Origin: Mobula hypostoma
Lineage: Eukaryota
Assembly (NCBI RefSeq): GCF_963921235.1
Contig: NC_086109.1
Coordinates: 4,466,001 to 4,530,000, forward strand
Length of the DNA stretch: 64,000 nucleotides
Direction of reading: 5' to 3'
Positions 41,801 to 53,800 of the stretch are shown piece by piece (position 1 is the first letter of the stretch; the number at the start of each line of letters is the position of its first letter). Below the pieces are notes generated by a model. It made no database searches. It worked only from the letters and a program-made list of their open reading frames with translations, and had not been told where the DNA came from. The position numbers were made by a program, and so were the translations under genes.

Positions 41801-44800
41801 TCATAGCATCACAACCTGACAACCACCCAATTATTCTACACTCTGCTGTCGTAACCACAGTCCATACATACCCATAATCCCATGTAATCTTGTTCAAATT
41901 ACTTCTTAAGTGGCACCTTCCTGAAGGTTTTCTAATGGTCCAAATGTGTATCAGCTTAGCTTTATTACTATTCTGTTAGTTATGACTTCCAAGATCCCTA
42001 ACAGAACCTATAGATCCAGTGCATCTACTATCTCTGAAAACTTCTCTCTGCACAATGTGTTACAGCATTCACATTTGGAACAATTCCTTACAACCTTGCA
42101 GTACCGTAACTAAACTAAAAGGGCTGAAATTTAATTGCAAAATTCAAAACTTGAAGAATTTTTAAAAAGCAGACGAAGGACAAGGAAATATTTTTTGTGG
42201 ATACATTATGTGGCCATACTAGATACCTCCTGTACCTAATAAAGTGGCCACTGAGTGTATGTATATGGACTTCTGCTGCTGTAGCCCATCCACTTCAAGG
42301 TTCAACGTGTTGTGTGTTCAGAGATGCTGCTCTGCCACCACTGTTGAAATACGTGGTTTCTTGAGTTACTGTCAGTTTGAACCAGTCTGGCCAATCTCCT
42401 CCAACCTCTCCCATTAACAAAATGTTTTTGCCTACAGAACTGCTGCTAACTGGATGTCTTTTTTCGAAACATTCTCTATCCCAGGAAATCAACAGTTCCT
42501 GAGGTATTCAAACCACTCCGTCCATCATCAACAATCATTCCACGGTCAAAGTCACTTAGATCATATTTCTTCCCCATTCTGATGTCTGGTCTGAACAACA
42601 ACTGAACCTTTTGACCAAATCTGCATGCTTTTTACAGAGGTTCTGTCACGTGATTGGCTGATTAGATATTTGAATTAACGAGCAGGTGTACCTAATAAAG
42701 TGGCCACTATTTATATTGTAAGCAATTTTTTAATTGTTAACCTCAGTTAATGAAATGGATACTCACGTCTGCAAGAGGGAGGTTCTGGAACAAATGTATT
42801 GTTTTCTCTACATTCTATCACACTCTCGCCGACCATCTGAAAACCTTCAGCACAGCTGTAGCTGATAGTCTCCCCATATGAGTATGTCGGACCGAATCCT
42901 GCCTCTATCTGGCCATCTGCTGGCAAGTCAGGAGGATGACAAAGAACAGCTACCAAAAAAAAAGCATTAATGTCCGTCAGGTAACTGACTATACTGAGGA
43001 TATAGGCACTATTATCCATTTGCAACACATCAGACTATTGATGAGCAACACACACAAAATGCTGGAGGAACTCAGCAGATCAGGCAGCATCTATGGAGGG
43101 AAATAACAGTTAATGTTTTGACCTGTGACATTTCATCAGGACTGAAAAGGAAGGGGGCAGAAGCCAGAATAAGGAGGTGTCTGGAGGGGAAGGAGTACAC
43201 TAGACGGTGATAGCTGAGTCCAGGTAAGGGGGAAAGGGGTTGAGGTAAAAAGTTGGCAGGGGATAGGTGGAGGAGGTAAAGGATTGAAGGATAAATCTGA
43301 TTGAAGAGGAAAGGGATGAAGGAAGAACACCAGGAAAAGGTATTGGCGGGTGAGGAGAAAAGGTGATAGGCCAGACTAAAGAACAGAAGAGGAGGAAAGG
43401 GGGAGGGGAAAAAATACCAGATGGAAAAATCAATGTTCATGCCATCAGGTTGACGGCTACCCAGATGGAATACAAGTTGTTGCTCCTCCACCCTGAGAGT
43501 GGCCTCATTGTGGCAGACAAGGAGGCCATGGATCGATGTTGGAATGGGAATGGGGATAGGAATTAAAGAAGCTGGCCATCTGGAATTTCTGCTTTTAGTG
43601 GATGGAGTGGAGGACCGGTCCCCAACAATGTAGAGGAGGCTGCATCGGGAGCACTGAATACAATAGATGATCCCAACAGATTTGTAGGTGAAGTGTTGCC
43701 TCACCTAGAAGGACTGTTTAGCGCCCTGAATGGAGGTAAGGGAGGAGGTGAATGGGCAGGTGTAGCATTTCTGTTGCTTGCAGGGATATGTGCCAAGAGG
43801 GAGATTAGCAGGAAGGGATGAATGGACAAGGGAATCACAGAGGAAGCCAGCTATACAAATGTGCCCAAGATATTTGCACTGTACTGTAGGTGAGGACAAG
43901 AGGAACTCTATCCCTGTTAAGGAAGCACGAAGATGGGGTAAGGTGCAGATGCTCGGGAAATTAAGGAGATGCAGGTGAGGGTAGCGTCAATGGAGGAGGA
44001 AAAGAAACCCCCAACCTATTATTCTGCCTGCTAGTCTTCCATTATAAAATGTGTTTGTGAAAATCACAAAATAATTTTAAACCAGAAATCATCCCAGAAT
44101 TAAGAGCTATTGGTGAAGCACAGGTGGCTCCTGAAGAGAGCACGAGTGATTATCCATTGACATCTTGGCCATGAATGCTCCTTTTCCAAATCCCTCTTTG
44201 CAGGATGCCAGTCTCATAGGATTCTTGTACTCAGCTCTTTCCAAGCTGGCCAAGTAACCAATCACACGGAACCATTTTCAATGACAACCACCAAGAAGTG
44301 CAGTTTTTACCTAACTTGCTAAATGAAGAGAGAAACACACTTGTACATTGTGTTTTATAGGATAGCTTTTATATTTATCATGTTTTGTTTGTATTTAATG
44401 TGTTGTTGATGCTGCATCAATCCAGAGTAACAGTCACTTTATTCTCCTTTACACCCGTGTACTGAAGGATGACAATAAACAGTTCTGAATCTTGAACCTC
44501 TTTATACACTTGCATTGTGAATGATGATTGATTGTGCAAATAAGGAACGTGAACATACACCAGGTTACTAATTGGTTGGCATCTGTATCCACTCGTCAAT
44601 TCTGTATTAAAATGGTATTTCTCTGTTCAAACATCAGAACAGTTTGGTGACAGGGGCCAGGCTGTTCTCCCTGTGCACAAGCAAATAGAGTGTGATTGAG
44701 GAACAAGTGCAAATTGTTCAGAGTCCAGTTAATGGGCAGCCACATTTCCCACTACAGGTTGAGTACCCCTTATCCAAAATGCTTCGGGTAGGAAATGTTT

Positions 44801-47800
44801 AGGATTTTGGAATACACAGTGAGATAGCTTGGAATTGCCATCATTTCTGACTCTAAACTTATGTGCTACCTGTAGGCAGTCTTTGTCTTACACTTGTTTA
44901 TCACACATATGTACATACCAGTAAAAATGATTACATACCATTAATAGAAAGAAAATATAATGTGTGCAGGGTAACCAAAGCAGCACAGAACCATCAGGAG
45001 GATGCCTGAATCTGCTATTGAACAATAAACAATGGCAGGCTTTCAGTCTCCGTTTTGGAAGTACAGTCCAGTTAATGCTTCGGGCCGAGTCCCTTTGGCA
45101 GGAATGAAGGAAGGTCCTGCCGAATTGTCTCGGCCCCAAACATTTACTGTACTTTTTTCCATAGATGCTCCCAGGCCTGTTGAGTTCCTCCAGCATTTTG
45201 TGTGTGTGTTGCTTGGATTTTCAGCTTCTGCAGATTCTCTCTTGTTTGTGTCCTAAAATGTTGAGAGTGCATCTTCAGGCTCTAGTACCTCCTCCTTGAT
45301 GGTAACAATGAGAAGAGGGCATCTCCTAGGTCCTTAGTATAGGTAAAGATGCAAAAAAAAGCTGAAGTTCATGCGTGAAAAAAAAGTCATGGAGAAATGG
45401 TCGTGATAGGTTTGTTCTACTTGGGAACAGCATGGACTTGATTGTCCAACTGGCCTCCAGCCTTGTTGCAAGAATGAATATAAGTTACTGAATACATTTA
45501 TTTTTTTTATAACCACTTCAACATCATCTAGTCAGGATCACTGTCAAGCAGAGGATTAAGGGATTGCTTCAGGACATGTACAAAGTAATTTGTAGTAAGT
45601 AAGTTTCACACTGCAGTATTATACCTTTGCATTCTGGTGGTGTGTTGTTCCATTCCCCAGTCTCTGTGCAAACAAGTTTGTCTGCACCAATCAATGAATG
45701 GCCTGCACTGCAGGAGAATTTTGCAACCATTCTGTATTCCCAGTGCTGTCCATAGGATGGTAATGGAGCTAGACTGTTATTAATCGGTGGAAGGTCTGCA
45801 CATGTGATGGCTATGGACAGATGAAATACAATTAATACTTTGAAAAATACATAAAATGCAAATATCACCTTCAGGGATTAAAACCACTCAGTTCAGAAGC
45901 ACCACCGACTTTGGGAAAAATAGGAGAATGGATAGCTGCACCATTCTTCTGAGAGCCAAAGCATAAAGACTTGACTCCAGCCAACATAGTTCTCCAGATC
46001 GTTGAGGCACACAAGCCTTCAAATCCCACAAGGCTGTTGTTCTCTTGGATGTCCATCTCCCCTACCTATTTGTATGTACCTACCATTCCCTCCTCATCTG
46101 ACTCCACCTATCAGTCACTGTCCTTCTTCCCTATGCACTGTTAAAAAGTCATGTTATTTTACATTGAAAACATCGAAACATGGTTCAATGTTTCAATGTA
46201 AATGTGACAGATAAAGTTAAACATTTTGTAAAGAGAAATTCATCATCCACTTTTCTGGATTTACAAGGGCCAGGAAGTAGACAATTACATTTCCGTGCAA
46301 AAGATACGAGGAGGATAAAAGAATTTTGTTTTTAAAAAGAAGGAATAGTTATGATGCAGAACTTAACACATTCTCGGAAGAAAGGAAACTAAATCATCAG
46401 TGATTTTAAAAGGGAATTTGATAAGCTCTTGAGAGAGAATAATTTTCAGTGATGAAGGTATTGCTCTATAAAGGAAGCATAATAATTCTCAATGCTATGA
46501 AATAAAAAGTACCTCCTTTCATTCTGAACCTCAGCTCATGAAATGGATACTCACGCTTGCAGGAGGGGGGTCCTGGTACAAATGTGTTGTTCTCTCTACA
46601 TTCTATCATACTCTCGCCGACCATTTGAAAACCCTCAGCACAGCTGTAGCTGATAGTCTCCCCAAAGGTGTATGTTGGGCCGAATCCTGCCTCTATCTGC
46701 CCATTCTCTGGCAAGTTAGGAGGATGACACAGAACAGCTACCAAAATAAATCAAATTATCAGTCCCCAGCACATAACACTGCAGCACCTGTACAGAGAGA
46801 AACAGTTAACGCTTCAAGGCTAAGAGCTTTCATCAGAACTGGAAAAGGAAGAAAGCAAATTAGTTTTCAGTAGCAGAAAAGGTATGTACGGTGAAAGAAA
46901 AATAATATCTCTGATTCAGTGAAGCAAAATGACTTAATGTCGCAGTGGGAATAAATTGTTACACTGGTTTAAATGAGGTGTAATGAAAAACTTTGTTTAG
47001 CCTGCCATATATACGAATGATTTCATCACATCTGTACTTTGAGGGTTTATAGGGCAAAACAATGACAGAATGCAGAATAAACTGCTACAGTTACAGTGCA
47101 GGCACACAATAAGGTGCATGGCATAACGAGCTAGATTGTGAGGTTAATAGTCCATCTTACAGTGCTACTGAACTGCTCAACAGTCTTACAACAGTGAGAC
47201 AGAAGCTGCCCTTTAGCTTGGTGATAAGGCTTTCATATATTACAACTGTTACTTCTAATTGCTGCTACACTATCACATTTCTCTGCTGAGGTTAAAAGAC
47301 TATGTGCACGGCTGGGAGGGAGGAAGGAAAGGGCTTGGTTTGCTGTTATTGTTTTGTTGCTTGTTGTGTTCTGTTGAGCATTGTGGGGTTGCTATGCCAA
47401 CACCAGAATGCGTGGCGACACTTTGCACACCCACAGCACACCCTTAGTGTGTTGGCTATTAACGCCAATGATGCATCTCACTCTGTGTTTGAAGGTTTCG
47501 ATGTAAAGGTGACAAATAAACTTGAATCTTGAATTACAAGTTAAGAGATGACCGAACACACTCTTAAATACTATTTTCACAAGCAATGTGGTTGGCAGAA
47601 ACAAGTTGGGTTGAAGAGTCTATTTCCATGGTGTAAGACTCTGTCACTCAAGTCTGATTGAGTCATTTTGGAACATTTATTTACTTATTTAGAGGTACAG
47701 AACCATAACCGGCCTTTCCAGCCCAATCAGCCCGTGCCACCCCGCCCATGTACCCCATTACCCTCCCAAGCCATGTCTTTGGAATGTGTGAGTAAATCAC

Positions 47801-50800
47801 ATGGTCATGGGGAGAACATGCGAACTCTTCACAGACAGCTGTCCGGGTTGCCGTCACTGTAATAACGTTATGTTAACTGCTACACAACCATGCCATCCCA
47901 ACACAGCGCATCTGTGTAACCGCATTTTTGTCAGTTCGTGAAAGGTAGTCACCAGAATCAAAGACAGTCCTCTCCACAGCTTGGATACTGTTCCACCACT
48001 GAAAGCAGCATTCAAGATTCAGAAACTGCACAAAACTTCTCTACCCCTCAGTCTCTCTTAGCTATCACCCTGCAGTTACAAGAGTGTTACAGTAAAGAAT
48101 CCTTTCACTAAGCAATCTTACTGAAGATTATCAAGAACACATCCAACCTAACTGCAGCTAAGCAAAACCATGCTGTAATGTGATTAAACATGAGTGGTGA
48201 CACTACTGCTATGACAAAGAACTACATTTGAAAGTTTTTTTAATTACACTTACTCTGCAATTTTGTAAAAGTTTACTCAGTGTGGGATAAGGTGGGTCAG
48301 TTTATGGAATCACTAACTGGGATCATTACACATTGGGGTTGTTATACCCACTTCGGCCACTACAAGTCACTGGGCCCGTTATACCTCACTGGGTTGTTAC
48401 ACTCACTGGAGCTGTTATTGTGCACCAACAGCTTGGCTACAGAACATACCTTTGCATTTTGGTGGTGGGTTGTTCCACTCTCCAGTCTCTGTACAAACAA
48501 GTCTCTCTGTACCAATCAATGAGTACTTCTTATCACAAGAATATTTTGCGACCATTCCATACTCCCAGTGCTCTCCGTAGGGTGGTGATGGAGCCTCTCC
48601 ATTACTAATGGGTGAAAGATTAGCACATGTGACAGCTGTGAATAAAAGTAACAGAATTAATGCTCTGAACATTTGGCTGGATGAAAATTTCACTTTCAGA
48701 AATTAAAATGTGTTACTTCAGAGACACTACCCTGACAAACCCTGCCCCAATTATGTGTTGTCAACTTTTACATTTCAATTGAGGTAATTCAGACTTCAGA
48801 ACATATGACAATGAATTGGTTTTAAATACAATCACTGTTCCCTCTAAGCTGGGCAGGTTCATAGTCACGCTGTAACTGAAATGCTCCCTTGCACATAGCC
48901 GTTGCTGCCACGCAGCTGGAATAAAGACATCGGAAAAAAAGTTTATGAGACATCAAGGATTTTCTTTGTTGTACTGTACTTCATTATACCCCTCAATTAC
49001 TATGTGATTTTTCAGCTTTCATTCTGAATATTCATAGTATGCATATAGAAACATAGAAAACCTACAGCACAATACAGGCCCTTCGGCCCACAAAGTTGTG
49101 CTGAACATGTCCCTACCTTAGAAATTTCTAGGGTTACATATAGCCCTCTATTTTTCTAAGATCCATGTACCTATCCAAAAGTCTCTTAAAAGACCCTATT
49201 GGTCCGCCTCCACCACCGTTGCCGGCAGCCCATTCCACGCACTCACCACTCCCTGCGTAAAAAACTTACCCCTGACATCTCCTCTGTACCCACTCCCAAG
49301 CACCTAAAACTTGTGCCCTCTTGTGGCAACCATTTCAGCCCTGGGAAAAGGCCTCTGACTATTCATATGATCAATGCCTCTCATCATCATATACACCTCC
49401 ATCAGGTCACCTTTCATCCTCCGTCGCTCCAAGGAGAAAAGACCGAGTTCCATGCAGTTTTCAGTCTGTGTCATGAGTGACATGAGCATGGCCTCCGAAT
49501 ATATAGAGTAACTTTGCCACTATCCAAGATTCAGGGAATGAGCTTACGGTTTTTAACCCTTCACTGGTTGCACATAAGTCTGCAACCTCTTCAACATGCT
49601 GTCCAAACAACACATACAAAATGCTGAAGGAATTCAGTAGGTCAGGCAGCATTTATACAGTGGAATAAACAAACAGCATTTCAGCTGATGTCCTTCATCT
49701 GGACAACGTCCAAATAACCAGCTCCACTGGGACTCGACAGATAAATCCTCCAGCTAGGAGCGAGGTTATCCATACCAGAACCACTACTGTCCTTAGACAA
49801 AAAGGAACATTTTAAAACAAAGATCCCAAAAACAAGTCAAAGGGGACATTGCAAAATTGAAATGCAAGCCAGTTACAATGAATATAGAATCCTACCTTCG
49901 CATGTTGGAATTTGACCACTCCAACCGTCAGCTGTGCATAACTGGTAGTTCCTACCCACCAACAGGTATCTAAAGGAAAGGAAGACACGTTACTGTAGGA
50001 AAACTACCTATTACAGAGTAACCCTGCTTTACGGCTGTTCTGGTTATGGATATATGCCACAAATCATTACCTGACCCATTTCCTTTCTTGATCTCTCTGT
50101 CTCCATCTCTAGAGACAGTCTATCCACTGATATATTGTATGAACCCATTGATTCTCACAGCTACCTGGCCTATACTTCTTCCCACCCAGTCACTTTTAAA
50201 AATGCTATCCCATTCTCTCAGTTCCTCATGTCTGCCAAATCTGGTCTCAGGAAGCGGCTTTTCATTCCACAACTAATGAGATGTCTTCTTTCTTCAAAGA
50301 AAGGGACACCATCAGCACTTCCTCCACCATCCACACTGCCCTTACCTGCATCTCTTGCCGTGAAGTACTGTTACAGCTATTTAGGACCTTGGTCAGACTC
50401 CACTTGGAGTACTGTGTTCAGTTCTGGTCACCTCACTACAGGAAGGATGTGGATACTAGAGAGAGAGTGCAGAGGAGATTTACAAGGATGGTGCCTGGAT
50501 TGGAGGGTGTACCTTATGAGAATAGGTTGAGTCAACTTGGCCTTTTCCCCTTGGAGCGGCGGAGGATGAAAGGTGGCCTGATAGAGGTGTATAAGATGAT
50601 GAGGGGCAATGATCATGTGGATAGCCAAAGGCTTTTCCCCAGGGCCGAAATGGCTAACACGAGGTGAAGTTTTAAGGTGCTTGAAAATAGGTACCGCGGG
50701 GATGTCAGGGATAAGCTTTTCACACACAGAATGGTGGGTGCATGGAATGCGCTGCCGGCAGTGGTGGTGGAAGCGGATACAATAGGGTCTTTTAAGAGCC

Positions 50801-53800
50801 TCTTAGATAGGTACATGGAGCTTAGAAAAATAGAGGGCTATATGCTAGGGAAATTCTAGGCAGTTTCCAGAGTAGGTTACATGGTTGGCACAGCATTGTG
50901 GGCCGAAGGGCCTGTAATGTGCTGTAGATTTCTATGTTCTATATTCTTCCATTTCGCGCACATCTGCCCTCACCCCATTCCCCCACCACCTCACACCTCC
51001 TTGTCCTCACTGACCACCCCACTAGCCTCTGCACCCAGCATATAAATACTCTGCAACTTCCACCACCTCCAATGGGATCCCACAATCAAACTCATCCTTC
51101 TCTCCTCCCTCTCATTCTGCTTTCCGCAGGGATTGCTCCCTATGCGATTCCCTTCTCCACTCGTCCCTCCCCACTGATCTCCCCCCAGTACTTACCTTGC
51201 AGCGGAACAAGTGTCACATTAATCCCTACATCCCCACCCTCACTACCATTCAGAGCCCCAAACAATCCTTCCAGATGAGGTGCTCTTCGTGTGGCCACCT
51301 GTATATCAGTGAGACACAACATAGATAGGGAGACTGCTTCACTGAGCACCTACGATCCATCCGCCAGAAAAAATGGGATCTCCCGGTAGCCATACATTTC
51401 AATTCTACTTCCCATTCCTATTCCGACATGTCAGTCCATGGCTTCCTCTACCGTCATGATGAGGCCACACTCAGGTTGGAGTGTAGGTAGCCTAAAACCT
51501 GATGGCATGAACTTGGATTTCTCTAACTTCCAGTGATTGCCCCAACCCCCATCTCCTTCACCATTCCCTACTCCTGCTTCCCTCTCTCACTTTATCTCCT
51601 TGATCTGATAGAGGTGTATAAGATGATGAGAGGCATTGATCATGTGGATAGTCAGAGGCTTTTTCCCAGGGCTGAAATGTCACAGTTTTAGGTGCTTGGA
51701 AGTAGGTACAGAGGAGATGTCAGGGGTAAGTTTTTTTACGCAGAGAGTGGTGAGTGCATGGAATGGGCTGCCGGCGACGGTGGAGGAGGCAGATATGATA
51801 GGGTCTTTTAAGAGATTCCTGGACAGGTACATGGAGCCTAAAAAAAAGACTATGGGTAACCCTGGGTAATTTCTAAAGTAAGTGCATGTTCAGCACAGCA
51901 TTGTGGGCTGAAAGGCCTGTATTGTGCTGTAGGCTTTCTATGTTTTTTATTTGCCTGTCACCTCCCCTGGTGGTCCTCCTCTTTCCCTTTCTTCCATGGT
52001 CTTCTGTCGTCTCATATTAGATTCCCCCCTCTCCTGCCCTTTATCTATTTCACCAAACAACTTCCCAGCTCTTTACTTCACCCCCTCCCCCTCTCCCTGT
52101 TTCACCTATCACCTGACACCTTGTACTTACACTCCTCTCCCCCACCTCCACCTTCTTACGCTGACTTTTCCTCTTTCTTCCCAGTCTTGATGAAGGGTCT
52201 TAGCCCGAAACGTCAACTATTTACTCTTTTCCATCATGGGCAATAGCCTCCCCAGCATCCAGGACACCTTCAAAAGGCAATGCCTCAAAAAGGTGGCATC
52301 AGTCATGAAGGACCCCCATCACTCAGGACTTCTTCTCGTTCTTCTCATGGCTACCATCAAGGAACAGGTATAGGAGCTTGAAAACATGCTCTCAACGTTT
52401 TAAGAACAGCTTCTGCCCTTCCACCATCAGATTTCTGAATGGAGAGTGAAACCATGAGCACTACCACACTATTGTTTTTTTTCGATTTTTGAATATATAA
52501 GTATATATATAAATTATTGCAATTTATAGATTAAACTTATTGTAATTTATAGTTTTTTTAAATTATTATTGCAAGGTACTGCTACCACAAAACTACAAAT
52601 TTCACAGTAACACACACAAAATGCCGGAGGAACTCAGCAGGTCAGGCAGCATCTATGGAAATGAACAAACAGTCAACGTTTCAGGCCACGACCCTTCTCC
52701 ACAACCGAGAAGGAAGGGGGAAGATGCTAGAATAAAAAGGTGGGGGAGGGGAAGGAGGATAGCTAGAAGGTGATAGGTGAAGCCAGGTGGGTGAGGAAGT
52801 TCAAGGGCTGGAGAAGAAGGAATCTGATAGGAGAAGAGAATGGACCATCAGAGAAAGAGGAGGACAGAACCCAGGGGAAGTAATAGGCAGCTGAGAAGAG
52901 ATAACAGGTCAGAGTGGGAATAGAGAATGGGGGGGGGGGGAGGGAAATTCATTTACCAGAAGGAGAAATCGATGTCCATGCCATCAGGTTGCAGGTTACC
53001 CAGACGGAACACAAGGTGCTGCTCCTCCACCCTGAGGATGGCCTCTTCTTGGCACTGACATGTCGAAACGGGAATAGGAATTGAATTTAAATGTTTGGCC
53101 ACCACAAAGTCCCACTTGTGGCAGATGGAGGTGCTCGATGAAGCAGTCCCCCAATTTACGACGGGTCTCACCAATGAGGCTGTGTCGAGAGCAACGGACA
53201 CGATAGATGATCCCAGCAGATTCTGAGGTGAAGTGTTGCCAAACCTAGAAAAACTGTTTGGGACCCTGAACAGAGGTGAGGCAGGAGGTGTATGGACAGC
53301 TGTAGCATTTAGACAGCTCTCAGAGATGTGCCGGGGGGGAATTAGTAGAGAGGGATGAATGGACAAGAGAATCACAAAGGGAGCAATTCCTGTGGAAAGT
53401 TGGGGGGGGGGCGTGGGTGGGAAGGTAAAGATATTTTTAGTGGTAGGATCCCTTTAGAGGTGGCAGACAAATGCTAGTGATACTAAACCTGATTCTGATT
53501 AAAACATTAATATCACCAAATAATTATAAAAGTAAAGGAAGCATTTCTTAAATATCCGTTTAATACTGTCTGCTTACCCTGAATCACAATAAAAAACAGC
53601 TTTACTTCGAAAAGTTGTGTTTGGTGCCCGAGAATATCCATGTATTATCTCTCCTGTATTACCACAGTTCTTCACTGCACAAATCAAAATGGGAGATGGT
53701 AAAAGGGCTGTAAAATACTAACATCGCCAAGACATTTTCCTTAGAATTGGCAAAACATTTTGCATCTTAACATTTTCCAAGCCTGCATTTATGGAAATTA

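Noticed and set aside
38162..42766. Expected C-type exon between D2 and D3; likewise an A-type exon before B2 or B3
   Set aside because: I found no CCP-like sequence there by eye, only TE relics. A degenerate pseudo-exon cannot be excluded without tblastn.
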